DNA from: a bacterium
GTDB taxonomy: Bacteria > Electryoneota > Electryoneia > Electryoneales > Electryoneaceae
Assembly (NCBI GenBank): GCA_963675295.2
Contig: CAXXKJ010000002.1
Location: 3,200,001 to 3,264,000 of the forward strand
Length of the DNA stretch: 64,000 nt
Direction: 5' to 3'
Shown: positions 28,755-39,263 of the stretch, piece after piece
How positions within the stretch are numbered: the stretch's first letter is position 1
Layout of the letters: each line of letters begins with the position of its first letter
Position numbers and translations under genes: made by a program
The notes under the pieces: model-generated
Databases searched by the model: none
What the model was told of the DNA's origin: nothing
The model's input: the letters and a program-made list of their open reading frames with translations, nothing else

Positions 28755-30482
28755 TCAGAATCGGACCTCCAGCTCCTTGTCCATTGCCTTGACGGCGTGG
28801 TAGCTCACCGTCGCCTTGCCGTTGCCCTGGACGATCCACTGCACGTCCACGTGCCCGAAGGACGGCAGGCGGGTGTAGATCGTACCGGGCTGGTGTTCGA
28901 CAGGCTGAACAATGTCGAGGAATTGGTCCTGCAGGATGCCGCCGCTGACGACCTCGAGGCCGCGTCCCGTGAGGGTCAGCAGGTCCTTCGGCGCGAGCTT
29001 GTGTTGCCACGCCTTGGCGCTCAGGGTCGGGATGGCGTGCAGGTTGGACGCCCGTACCCGCAGGCGTGTCAGCCCGTTGCCGAGGTCGGTCCGTTCCAGC
29101 ACCTCAAGGGCGATCTCCGGGGTGTGCTTAGCGGTGAACAGCACATGGGCAGCGTTCCGGTGGACCAGCTCCTGCAGCTGGAACGGTTGTTCTATACGTG
29201 TGGTGAAGGTCCGCCAACCGCCAACCTGGACCTCGCCCAGCTGCGGGTGCTGGATGGTGGTCCAGTCCTTGAACATGGTGCCCTGGGCGACGTTATCATT
29301 GAAACGCATCCGTTCCAGTTCCCATGGGACGTCATCGTCCGCGACCCACTCGTCGTCCGTCATCTTTCGGTAGCGGTCGTCGATCGGGGAGTGCAGTTCC
29401 TGGACGAAGCCGAGTACGCCGAATGTCTGGTACATGAAGCCATCGAAGTCACCGTAGGTGGAGTAGAGATCGTCCTTACTGACGATGTATTCGTAGCCCG
29501 GCAGGATCTTCTCCCCTTCTTCGCCGAGGAAGTCGAAGACCTTGATGTCGGACGGCGGATACGGCCCGTCGAGCTCCGATCCGGGGCCGCGCACGATCAT
29601 GCCACCGTAGTTGTGGAACGCCCAGTTGAAGGCGAGATTCGGCTTGCTGAGCACGAACTGCCCGACAGCGTACGTTGGCTTTGCGGACATCGGGAAGTCG
29701 CCCGCGCCGTACTGGACGTAGGGCGGTTGCCACGTGCCACCATAGTTACGGTTCATGTCCAGCTGGCCGGGCAGGTCTTCGTTGATCTGGCCGTCGCCGT
29801 CGTTGTCGATGCCCTCACGTTCGATGATCCGCCATTCACCCTGTTCCCACGGCTTGCGGCGAACCATCAGCCGGGGATCGTCCGGGGAGGTGCGGTACGG
29901 CCCGGTCGGGTCGGCAACCCTCATCCGCAGGATCTCGCCGTCGCCGTCGAGGTCGTCGTAGCCGTCCTCGTCCAGCAGGCCGTCACGGTCGTCGTCGTAC
30001 GGGACACGGGCGGTGCGTCCGATGCTGTAGTTGGACGCGTCCTCGAAGAAGCGGGCACGGCTGTCAACGTTGACCGTCGGTACGATGTAGAATGCGTTCC
30101 GGTCGACCGCCTCGGTGACCGTCGGGATGTCGCCGTAGTTCTCCAGTAGATACCACGCAACATACAGGCAGACCTCCGTCGCCTGGATTTCGTTGCCGTG
30201 GATGGTCCCGTCAACGTAAATCCCGGGCTTGTCGAGGTCGTCACCGGTGTCCGGGTTGTTGATCGTCAACTGCCACAGGTCCCGGCCTTCTTCACTCTGG
30301 CCGATGGACTGCAGGGATGCCAGTCCACTGTACGCTTTGGACAACTGCCGCAGCGCATCCTCGGTCTGTTGGTAGTCGTAGAAGTGATCCCAGCGCAGGT
30401 TGACCTTGTAATCGTCCGCCACGGAAGTGGTCACAAAGGACAACAGCAGCATCATGGTGACAATCAGGCTCAGGTGTTTCAT
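28755..30482 (-). CDS. M14 family zinc carboxypeptidase
   Basis: Signal peptide; IGQSEEGRDL, DGTIHGNE (HxxE), PTVNVD, DMNRNY, AFHNYGG; DxDxDG inserts. Confidence 0.92.
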   Translation of the reverse strand: MKHLSLIVTMMLLLSFVTTSVADDYKVNLRWDHFYDYQQTEDALRQLSKAYSGLASLQSIGQSEEGRDLWQLTINNPDTGDDLDKPGIYVDGTIHGNEIQATEVCLYVAWYLLENYGDIPTVTEAVDRNAFYIVPTVNVDSRARFFEDASNYSIGRTARVPYDDDRDGLLDEDGYDDLDGDGEILRMRVADPTGPYRTSPDDPRLMVRRKPWEQGEWRIIEREGIDNDGDGQINEDLPGQLDMNRNYGGTWQPPYVQYGAGDFPMSAKPTYAVGQFVLSKPNLAFNWAFHNYGGMIVRGPGSELDGPYPPSDIKVFDFLGEEGEKILPGYEYIVSKDDLYSTYGDFDGFMYQTFGVLGFVQELHSPIDDRYRKMTDDEWVADDDVPWELERMRFNDNVAQGTMFKDWTTIQHPQLGEVQVGGWRTFTTRIEQPFQLQELVHRNAAHVLFTAKHTPEIALEVLERTDLGNGLTRLRVRASNLHAIPTLSAKAWQHKLAPKDLLTLTGRGLEVVSGGILQDQFLDIVQPVEHQPGTIYTRLPSFGHVDVQWIVQGNGKATVSYHAVKAMDKELEVRF

Positions 30483-32296
30483 CGCCGGCCTCCTTTCAAC
30501 GTGACCCGTCGTTGTTCACCCCCGGCGCTGCTGCTCCACAGGGTGAGGGTGACCTCGCTGCCGGGCCGTGCGGTTACCACCCAGCGTGCCCGTTCGCTGC
30601 CGCCGTTACCCTCGAGTAGGTCGCAGACATGACGCGGGCGTCCCTCGAGGAAAGCATCTGCCTCGACCCCCTCGAGCGTCAGGGTTACGGGTGACGGCCG
30701 CTGGGTGCGTTGTCCGTGCCACGTCGGATACGGCAGGAAGCCGGTATTCGTGATCCAGGCATCCAGTTCGTAGACACCGGCTGCACGTTCGGTCACCGCG
30801 ACGCTGTCGATCACCACGCGGGGCAGCAGATCAGACAGCTCCAGCACGAACGGCAGCTGCGTATCGATCAGCCCCTCGACTTCGTCCGGCTTCGGCGCGA
30901 GGGTCGCGTAGGGTCGCACACCACCGATCTCGACGCGTCCGAGGGTCGCATGGTCGAACGGCTTCCACGCGATCCACGCCGATGGATCATAGGCCAGCAA
31001 CGCGTCCAGCTCCGGGTCGGCATAGCCGGGATCGGTGTCCGTATCCGCGACCACGCTGTCTTCATCTGCTGGGGCGGGCGTCGGCAATGTCCAGAAGTCC
31101 AGCGCGAAGGTTGGCGTGCCGTACTGGTAGTAGGCCCACTGTTCCACCGATCCGTCCTCCGGCGGCGGGGAATCGAGACGGTCACCGTTCGCCCCGCTGG
31201 AGTCGAGGAAGGCGGTATAGCGGTCGGCGATCACGTTCCAGTAGGCCAGATCTTTCGGGTGTGGGTCGGTTTCGGCGCCGGTGCTGATCCAGCCCAGCAG
31301 TTGGTCAACTGTCACCCCGGGACGGCTGAGCGCATCCCGCGTGATGGTCAGCATCTCCCCCAGCTTCATCGACGATCCGCGCTTCAACCCGGCACGGCGC
31401 GCCAGCCAACCGGGCACGGCGAAGGATTCGTTCAGCAGGTCGGCCTTGCGGTCGCTTTCGGGGACCTGACGCAGAGTGTTGCTGCGTCCGAACACCAGCA
31501 CCATCGCGATGTTGGTGTGGTCGTAGGCAAAGCGCAGCAGTTCGCGTGTTTCGGTCTCGCTGGCTGCCCACAGACCGGCGTCGTCGGTGTGCATCGGCCA
31601 ATTGTGCGGGAAGTTGTGGTTGGGATTGACACCGCCGACGAGATCTTCGTTGATGCTGCCGTCGAGGTCGTTGTCGATTCCTTCCGGGAACAGCCGGTAG
31701 CGGCCTCCCTGCCCTTCGGTCGGATCGGCGGGTTTCAGGTACGGCTTGTCCGCGACAGCAGCAAAGGTCCCTTCCGGGTGCGGTTGACGGATCATCGTGA
31801 TCACGCCGTCCCCGTTAATGTCGTCCGCGATGTCTTCGTCCACCAGCCGGTCGGCGTCGTTGTTGACCGGTTTCGCGTTGGTGAAGCGTTCCATCCTGAC
31901 CGGCGCGAAGAAGGATGCGTAACCGTCCGGGTTGCCGCAGGCGTAGATGTACCACGTGACGTCCTCGGTGTACCCAGCCCACTCCCCGGCCAGTCGTTGC
32001 GCCAGCTCGAGGGCGGCTTCGGACGCCAGCGGCGCATCGCCAGCCATGTTCGCCACCACCAGGATGCCGGGCGCATCATCGCCCCGCTTGCCGATCTCCA
32101 GCAACGCCAGCGGGACACCGCCGGGCGTGTTGCCGAGGTCGTGCAGGGTGACGTCTCCGGATTTCCGGGCGAGATCGTGGAAAGCGTCCAGCAGCAACAT
32201 CGGCGGGTGGTAGTCGGCCCGTGCCACCGCAGCCATGCCCGGCACCAGGCTGACGACGACAACAACAACCAGCAAGCGTATCGCGTTTCGTTTCAT
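30479..32296 (-). CDS. M14 carboxypeptidase-like protein with degenerate Zn site
   Basis: ATG 32296 after GGAGG; LGNTPGG, GNPDG, NPNHNFP, SETETR fold motifs, but ANMAGDA replaces HxxE and VFGRS replaces the third His; coupled to the next gene (ATGA). Confidence 0.85.
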   Translation of the reverse strand: MKRNAIRLLVVVVVVSLVPGMAAVARADYHPPMLLLDAFHDLARKSGDVTLHDLGNTPGGVPLALLEIGKRGDDAPGILVVANMAGDAPLASEAALELAQRLAGEWAGYTEDVTWYIYACGNPDGYASFFAPVRMERFTNAKPVNNDADRLVDEDIADDINGDGVITMIRQPHPEGTFAAVADKPYLKPADPTEGQGGRYRLFPEGIDNDLDGSINEDLVGGVNPNHNFPHNWPMHTDDAGLWAASETETRELLRFAYDHTNIAMVLVFGRSNTLRQVPESDRKADLLNESFAVPGWLARRAGLKRGSSMKLGEMLTITRDALSRPGVTVDQLLGWISTGAETDPHPKDLAYWNVIADRYTAFLDSSGANGDRLDSPPPEDGSVEQWAYYQYGTPTFALDFWTLPTPAPADEDSVVADTDTDPGYADPELDALLAYDPSAWIAWKPFDHATLGRVEIGGVRPYATLAPKPDEVEGLIDTQLPFVLELSDLLPRVVIDSVAVTERAAGVYELDAWITNTGFLPYPTWHGQRTQRPSPVTLTLEGVEADAFLEGRPRHVCDLLEGNGGSERARWVVTARPGSEVTLTLWSSSAGGEQRRVTLKGGRR

Positions 32297-32595
32297 GCAC
32301 CCTCCGTATTCCGCACCCGCAGCCATGTACCCCGTACCCACGTGCCCCTGATGGCTCCGCCAGCAGGGCTTATCCGCAGCCACAACCAGACCAACACGAA
32401 AGGTAGCTGCCAATCCATCCCATGTCACGGCTGTCGGGCGCGCTCCCTCCAAAGAAAACGGTCACCATCATTCGTCCACCAGTCCGGCGAACTTTCACAA
32501 AGCCGACTTTCACCGAAAGGTTGCGAGGCCCGGATCAGACCGTTATCGTAGACAGGATACGACTCGCAGGTCCAGGCATGGGGGCAGCGTACAGT

Positions 32596-34044
32596 ATGGA
32601 CACGAACGGCGTCATCCAGGTCGCAAACTCGCAGATCGCCCTGTGGGCATTCATCGGATACCTGATCATCATCACCCTGATCGGTGTGTTGACCAGTCGT
32701 TTCTCCTCGGCAGGTGTCAGCGAATACTTCCTCGCTGGACGCAGGATGAACAAGTGGGTGGTGGCGTTGTCGGCGGTGGTCAGTGGCCGCAGCGCGTGGC
32801 TGCTGATAGGCTTCACCGGGATGGCGTTCGCGCAGGGCCTGTCCGCGATGTGGGCGGCGGTAGGCTACATCACCGTCGAGTTCTTCCTCTTCTGGTTCTA
32901 TGCTCGCCGTCTGCGCCGTTTCAGCGAGGAACACGATTGCATCACTGTCCCGGACTTCTTCGCCGCCCGGTTCAACGACCACAAGGGTACGCTGCGGCTG
33001 CTGCTGTCGGTTATCATCATCGTGTTCCTGACGGCGTATGTCTCCGCCCAGTTCGTCGGCGGCGGCAAGACCTTCGCCTCGTCCTTCGGCGTCACCCCGA
33101 CCATGGGCATGCTGATCACCGCGGCGATTGTGCTGCTGTACACACTTCTCGGCGGTTTCCTCGCGGTCTCGTTGACTGACTTCCTGCAGGCGATGTTCAT
33201 GCTCTTCGCGCTGCTGGTGCTGCCGATTGTCGCGATCGCGCATGAGGGCGGCTGGGGACCGGTCGCGGCCCAGCTGCGCGCGGACGATCCCTCCCTGCTG
33301 ACAGCCTTCGGCAGCCTCGGCTTCGGTGGTGTGATCGGGTTCCTTGCCATTGGGTTGGGGTCGCCGGGCAATCCGCATATCATCGTGCGCTACATGTCTA
33401 TCAACCGTGTCAACGATCTCAAGTTTTCCGCGCTGATCGGCACGTTCTGGAATGTGATGATGGCCTTGGGCGCGTTGCTGATCGGGCTGGTCGGACGGGC
33501 GTACACACCCGCCGCCGCAACCGTTGACCAGGAGTTCCTCTTCCCCGCGCTCGCCGCCGAACACCTGCACCCAGTGCTGTTCGGAATGGTAATCGCCTCG
33601 ATCTTCGCCGCGATCATGTCCACCGCCGACTCGCAGCTACTGGTCGCGGCCAGCAGCGTCGTCGTCGACATCTACCAGAAGGTGATGAAACGGGACGCCG
33701 TCATCCCGCAGAAACGCCTGGTCCTGATCAGCCGGATCACGGTGTTCGTGCTGGTGGTGCTGGCGATTGCATTCGGACTGGCGGCGGAGAAACTGGTGTT
33801 CTGGCTGGTGCTGTTCGCCTGGGCGGGATTGGGCGCAGCGATCGGCCCGACCTCGATTCTCGCATTGTTCTGGAAACGCACCACGCGGCAGGGTGTGATC
33901 GCCGGCGTGATCGCCGGGACCGTGACCACCATCATCTGGTACTACACCCCGGCGTTGAAGGGGGCGTTGTACGAGCTGGTGCCGGCATTTCTCATCGGTG
34001 CGCTGGTGACCTGGACGGTGAGCCTCGCGACGTCGCAACGCTAG
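32596..34044 (+). CDS. putP: Sodium/proline symporter (SSS family)
   Basis: EYFLAGRRM, ALSAVVSGRSAWLLIG, GGFLAVSLTDFLQA, GLGSPGNPHIIVRYM, AAIMSTADSQLL, AWAGLGA; probable start ATG 32596. Confidence 0.88.
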   Translation: MDTNGVIQVANSQIALWAFIGYLIIITLIGVLTSRFSSAGVSEYFLAGRRMNKWVVALSAVVSGRSAWLLIGFTGMAFAQGLSAMWAAVGYITVEFFLFWFYARRLRRFSEEHDCITVPDFFAARFNDHKGTLRLLLSVIIIVFLTAYVSAQFVGGGKTFASSFGVTPTMGMLITAAIVLLYTLLGGFLAVSLTDFLQAMFMLFALLVLPIVAIAHEGGWGPVAAQLRADDPSLLTAFGSLGFGGVIGFLAIGLGSPGNPHIIVRYMSINRVNDLKFSALIGTFWNVMMALGALLIGLVGRAYTPAAATVDQEFLFPALAAEHLHPVLFGMVIASIFAAIMSTADSQLLVAASSVVVDIYQKVMKRDAVIPQKRLVLISRITVFVLVVLAIAFGLAAEKLVFWLVLFAWAGLGAAIGPTSILALFWKRTTRQGVIAGVIAGTVTTIIWYYTPALKGALYELVPAFLIGALVTWTVSLATSQR

Positions 34045-34160
34045 CCGGGTCAAGTACAAGATGTGAAATCAGCTGATTGCCCGCGTTGCATTTGCGCGGG
34101 CGTTTCGCTCTGCTATATTTAGAGCTGAATCAACGGACGTCTGCAATTTCCGGAGTGTTT

Positions 34161-36980
34161 ATGCGAATGCTGCTTGCCACCCTGCTTCTGCTGTTCCTGC
34201 TTGTCCCCGTTGCTGATGCCGATCTGACGACGTTTAACCAGTTTACGATTTACGATTCGAACGACTTGGACGATATTGAAATCGCCGACATGGACCTTGA
34301 CGGCGATCCGGATGTCCTTTGCGTGCTACGGTTATCGGGCTTGGTAGGCTGGATTGAGTATCAGGGCGAATTTCCCGGCGAACTACACTACATCGACTAC
34401 ATCATCACTGATCCTTGCGCAATTGCTGTTGCGGATTTGGACAACGACGGCGATACCGATGTTGTCAGTGCGGACTCGCTGGGGAATCGTGTCACCTGGT
34501 ATGAAAACCGGCACCCGGATCTTCCCGGGGAATTTCCCCTGTCCGAAGATCAGTATGGAGTGCGCGATGTGATATGCGCCGATCTGGATGATGACGGATT
34601 CCAGGACATCCTAGCGGCGACACCGATCCTCGGTCTGGTCACGGTATTTCTGAACCAGGGTGATGGAACATATTCTGCGCAGATCCTGCTTAACAATCTT
34701 GATAGTCCCGACCGGCTGCATGCCGCCGACCTCGATCTGGACGGCGATTCCGACCTGATTGTCGCATCTGCTTCATCCGGCGAACTCGGGTGGTTCGAAA
34801 ACACGGGCGAGTTGGTGTTCACTGAACACTCACTGGGCCCTGGGTATGATCAGCTTGAGACGATCGAACACGGCGACATGAACGGTGATGGTGCGATAGA
34901 TATTCTTATCGGCTCACGTGACGAAGACAACGGCCTGCGTATTCTCTACAACAACTGGGATGGAACGTTTATTCCATACCAAGTAGCTGTTCAACGCAAT
35001 GATGTGAGGTCGATTGCGGTGTTGGATATCGAAAATGATGGCGACCTCGATCTGTTCTGTACAGGAAGAAACTCAACCTATTCACGATCCCTCCTGGTAA
35101 ATATTGGCGACTTCCAGTTCTACCTCGATGCCACGAGTTCATACTGGGGTTTGGACTGTGCGACCGGCGATTTCAATCTGGATGGCCTTCCAGACATTGT
35201 TGCAGAGAGAGGGACGGGTAATGTCGAGGTCTGGCTCAACCAACAGATCGAGGGATTCAGCCGTCACCCGATAACACTGGACCATAACGACAGTTACGTT
35301 CAGGCAGTCAACTGCAACAATGACCGATTCCCTGACTTGCTTGCGCTGCGAAGTGACGGACTCCCGTTTGACACGAATGAATTGGTCCTGCTGGAGAATG
35401 AAGGGTCTGGTGAATTTGATGACGATGTGATCTTCGAAAGCTCATATCTGGGGAAATATGTCTGCGTTGACCGTGACATGGATGATGACCTGGACGTCTT
35501 CAATTTCCACGATGATCAGTTGTACTGGTTTACAAACGAGGGCGGGCAATTCACCCGGGAATTCGTAGCCAGTCTGGACGTCTACGCCCCTCCGCTTTCC
35601 GCCTGGGACTTCGATGGAAACGGCTTCGCAGACGCAATCTCCGGCGAGGAGGACGTCCACGTGTACTGGGATGAGGGCGATGGCACGTTCAGCGACTCCC
35701 TTCTCATTTCGGATCTGTATTATGATATTTTGCAGATTAAGGTTCACGACATGAACCTGGACGGAGATCCGGACATTATCGTATGTGGAAACAGTCTGAT
35801 CATTTTCGAATACCTGGGAAATCGTGAGTGGGAGACACACACCATCCGGGAGGATGGCGACGGTTCTGCATTTACCACCCTCAGTGTCTTTGACTGGAAC
35901 CAGGACGGTGCTGCGGATCTTCTGAGTGGGAGTACCGAGCGACTCCCCTCGTTGTACCTGAACCAGTTGAACTGGTCTTTCGAAGAAATCACCCTCGACA
36001 ATGAACGAGTTCATCCGTATCAATTGAAAGCCGGCGATATGGATCTGGATGGGGATTTGGATGTCTTCGCAACCTTTTCCATTTCAATTGGCTGGTACGA
36101 GAACATCGGTGGTCTTGTGATGGCGTATCATGAACTGGATTTACGATACAGCACTAGCGATCAGAACGCTGAGTTCCGTGATTTCGACCTCGATGGTGAT
36201 CTGGACATGATTACGCGTGACGGGATAGAAATCACATTCTGGGAAAATCTCGCCATTAGCGGTGATCCACCCCCACCGCCACCGCCGACCTTGCCGTTGA
36301 CGATTGAGCTGACACCGGATAACGAACCGGTGACGATTCCGGCGGAAGGCGGCGACTTCACGTTCGATCTCGCGCTCTCGAACGAGCTGACCCAGGCGCG
36401 GCGGGTCAATGTCTGGACCGAAGCACGGACGCCGTCCCTGGAGGTCGTTCCGCTGCAATCCGCCCGTCCCCTGCTGTTGCCGAATACCACGTTGAGCGTG
36501 CTGAATGTGACGCAGCATGTCCCCGGAGCAGCGCAGGAGGGGTTGTTCTGGTTCTTCGCCAAGGCTGGCGAATACCCGGTGGTCAGCTCGGTGGACTCCT
36601 TCGCCGTGGTCAAGGACGGCGTGACGCGTGGCCATGATACCTGGACCGCCAGTCCGTGGGTCTGGACGTCGCCGGACGAAGCTACGGTTTCCGCTGCGCA
36701 GTCATCCCAACCACTCGACTATTCGCTGTCGCAACCCTACCCGAATCCGTTCAACGCCTTTACGCGGCTGGAGTTGACGCTTCCCTCCACCGCGCCGGTT
36801 CGAGTAACGGTTTTCGACGTGCTCGGACAAACAGTCAGCACGCCGTACAACCAGGCGCTGCCGGCAGGACGGCACACGTTGTCGTTCGACGCACACGATT
36901 GGGCGAGCGGGGTGTATTTCGTTGAGGTGAGCGTGCCTGGTGAATTCCGTCAACTGCGCAAGCTGGTCCTGCTGCAATAA
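34161..36980 (+). CDS. Secreted double FG-GAP/VCBS propeller protein with T9SS-type CTD
   Basis: ATG 34161; about 14 DxDxDGDxD repeats; poly-Pro linker; Ig-like module IPAEGGDFTF; YPNPFN...KLVLLQ. Confidence 0.9.
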   Translation: MRMLLATLLLLFLLVPVADADLTTFNQFTIYDSNDLDDIEIADMDLDGDPDVLCVLRLSGLVGWIEYQGEFPGELHYIDYIITDPCAIAVADLDNDGDTDVVSADSLGNRVTWYENRHPDLPGEFPLSEDQYGVRDVICADLDDDGFQDILAATPILGLVTVFLNQGDGTYSAQILLNNLDSPDRLHAADLDLDGDSDLIVASASSGELGWFENTGELVFTEHSLGPGYDQLETIEHGDMNGDGAIDILIGSRDEDNGLRILYNNWDGTFIPYQVAVQRNDVRSIAVLDIENDGDLDLFCTGRNSTYSRSLLVNIGDFQFYLDATSSYWGLDCATGDFNLDGLPDIVAERGTGNVEVWLNQQIEGFSRHPITLDHNDSYVQAVNCNNDRFPDLLALRSDGLPFDTNELVLLENEGSGEFDDDVIFESSYLGKYVCVDRDMDDDLDVFNFHDDQLYWFTNEGGQFTREFVASLDVYAPPLSAWDFDGNGFADAISGEEDVHVYWDEGDGTFSDSLLISDLYYDILQIKVHDMNLDGDPDIIVCGNSLIIFEYLGNREWETHTIREDGDGSAFTTLSVFDWNQDGAADLLSGSTERLPSLYLNQLNWSFEEITLDNERVHPYQLKAGDMDLDGDLDVFATFSISIGWYENIGGLVMAYHELDLRYSTSDQNAEFRDFDLDGDLDMITRDGIEITFWENLAISGDPPPPPPPTLPLTIELTPDNEPVTIPAEGGDFTFDLALSNELTQARRVNVWTEARTPSLEVVPLQSARPLLLPNTTLSVLNVTQHVPGAAQEGLFWFFAKAGEYPVVSSVDSFAVVKDGVTRGHDTWTASPWVWTSPDEATVSAAQSSQPLDYSLSQPYPNPFNAFTRLELTLPSTAPVRVTVFDVLGQTVSTPYNQALPAGRHTLSFDAHDWASGVYFVEVSVPGEFRQLRKLVLLQ

Positions 36981-36994
36981 ATCCGGAGTATCCG

Positions 36995-38791
36995 ATGAAA
37001 TACACGGCACTTACAGCGACTCTTCTTCTGCTGGCAATTTCAACGGCGAGTGCTGACCCGATCCTGCACTACATCCAGTACAACGTTGATGATCCGGAAT
37101 ATGTTCGTCCGGTTGACATGGACGGAGACGGCGACGTGGACGTGGTCTGCTATTCTGATGGAGTGGACTCACTGATGTGGCTGGAGAATGTCGGAACGGA
37201 GCTGTTTGCCCGTCACGACATCGATACGCTGTCGTACATCAGCGAAGTACGTGTCATGGATGTCGATGAGAACGGATTGATGGACATCATTGTTAATGAC
37301 GTTTATTTCGACAAGATCTACCTGTTTCAGAACACTGAATCCGGCTTTAACCGGATCACGATTTATTCGGAAAATGGGTACTTGTCCGGCATTGACACGG
37401 TCGATGTCAACGACGATGGGCGGATGGATCTGGTTGTGGTTGAGGAATACGCTGAAACCGCGTACTGGCTGGACTTTCTGCCGGGTGGAACGATAGAATG
37501 GCATACAATCGGCGAATCCACTCGTTTCGACGATTGGGTCTCTGCAGTCGTACGTGGTGATTTCGATGATGACGGCACGGACGATTTATTCTTTTCCGGC
37601 TACTATGGTGGTATCGTCGCCTGGAACAATGGATCATCGTGGGAATTGGAGTACACTGGATTTTCGGGCAGCCAAGGGATTGATGTCTGTGACATGGACA
37701 ATGACGGCGACGACGACATTGTTACCGTCGATACCTATTATCATGATCAACTGTACTGGGCTGAACTGGGACGGAATGAGTACACGCTGCACGAGATCTA
37801 TCCCTGGTCTTCATCTCCGTACAGTGTTGTGGTTTATGATATCAACCGCGATGGGTTGAACGACATCCTGGCAACGTATTCCAATTTCGTCTACGGATTC
37901 CTTAATACTGGAGACGATGACTATCAGGTCCAGACTCTCTGGTATGTCTATCAGAATGGCCCGTTCAGATCCATCTACCCTGCCCACATGAATGATGACG
38001 ACAAGCTGGATTTTGTCGGAGCGCTACAGGGTAGCGGCAACGCCATCATCTGGATCGAGAATGACCTGACTCCGGACCTGATCGAAGTCTCGATCCAGCC
38101 ACCGTACGATCCGCCGATCATAATCCCGGCGGACGGCTTGACCATTCCATACGACCTGCGGATATCGACCCATGGCCTGCCACAACAGGCCGCCTTGAAC
38201 CTTGCAGCGACCTGCCGTCTCCCAAACGGCTACCGGATGCCGGTGTGGTATCGTCAGGTACCGTTTGAACCGTACGATCAACGGTTTGTGCAGGATCTGA
38301 ACCTTGATGTCCCCGCGATGGCGCCGTCCGGCGAGTATGAATTCAAGGTCGCGGTGTCGCACTGGTCGCAGGGCGTGATCGCGTACGACACAATGCCGAT
38401 GTTCAAACTGAACGGTCCACCCGATCCCGACTACCGCGGCGCGGGAATAACCCATGCGGGTGAGTTGACCGCTCTGGGGATTCCGTTGTCTCAATCAGAG
38501 CCTGTGATCGCGGCTGCGGCTTCCGTTTCCAGCGAGCTGACCTTGTCTTTGCAACCGAACCCGGCGAATGCCAGCACGACACTGCACCTATCGCTTCCCG
38601 AACGTGGCGCTCTCAGCCTGCGGGTGTACAACGTGATGGGCCGTGAGGTGTGGAGGCTGCCCGAGCGTGACTATGCGCCCGGGGTGCACGCGATCTCGTT
38701 GGACGCGAGCGAGCTGGCCAGTGGGCTGTATTTCGTGCGGGCGCAGGTTGGTGTCGAAACGGCGACGGCGAAGCTGATGATCGTGAAGTAG
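36995..38791 (+). CDS. Secreted FG-GAP/VCBS protein with divergent CTD
   Basis: Signal peptide; seven DxDxDG repeats; IPADGLTIPY...APSGEY; QPNPAN...SGLYFVR...KLMIVK. Confidence 0.9.
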   Translation: MKYTALTATLLLLAISTASADPILHYIQYNVDDPEYVRPVDMDGDGDVDVVCYSDGVDSLMWLENVGTELFARHDIDTLSYISEVRVMDVDENGLMDIIVNDVYFDKIYLFQNTESGFNRITIYSENGYLSGIDTVDVNDDGRMDLVVVEEYAETAYWLDFLPGGTIEWHTIGESTRFDDWVSAVVRGDFDDDGTDDLFFSGYYGGIVAWNNGSSWELEYTGFSGSQGIDVCDMDNDGDDDIVTVDTYYHDQLYWAELGRNEYTLHEIYPWSSSPYSVVVYDINRDGLNDILATYSNFVYGFLNTGDDDYQVQTLWYVYQNGPFRSIYPAHMNDDDKLDFVGALQGSGNAIIWIENDLTPDLIEVSIQPPYDPPIIIPADGLTIPYDLRISTHGLPQQAALNLAATCRLPNGYRMPVWYRQVPFEPYDQRFVQDLNLDVPAMAPSGEYEFKVAVSHWSQGVIAYDTMPMFKLNGPPDPDYRGAGITHAGELTALGIPLSQSEPVIAAAASVSSELTLSLQPNPANASTTLHLSLPERGALSLRVYNVMGREVWRLPERDYAPGVHAISLDASELASGLYFVRAQVGVETATAKLMIVK

Positions 38792-39263
38792 GCCAGATCG
38801 GTGGATGGATCACCAGTATCCTCACGTCCACTTTCTTCCACAGGGGGCTGCTACCGGCCCCTTGTTGCTCTTATTGCTCTTGCGCCACCCTGGCTCTGTC
38901 CCCGTAGTCAACTTCATGTTTTCCACATTTTTCGCTGACCTTCGTGGAGACGTCCGGATCTCGAGATTCTGTGTATCATGCTGGCGGAAAGCGTGGGCAT
39001 GGTTCTATGTTATGGTCAATCTGCTGTCGTTGTCCCGGTGGGGTTTCCCCGGGCGGCGAGGTCTCTGTCATCGCTGAATGAACCGGTTTTTCTAACATTT
39101 GCCTGAGAACAGACCTTTCCTTCCGTGCGGGAGCCAGACGAGCAGAGGTGTCCGCGGTCACAGAGTTTGGCGCACCAAATTCCCTTAGTTTAGGAGATTC
39201 GACGATTCGGGGGCCTCGCTCCCCTGATCTATACGAGTTCACCGTTTTAACCTGGAGTATGCA

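Noticed and set aside
38800-39260. Structured leader RNA or small ORFs upstream of 39264
   Set aside because: Several short hairpins but no riboswitch consensus I recognise; the ORFs lack RBS and coding-like composition.
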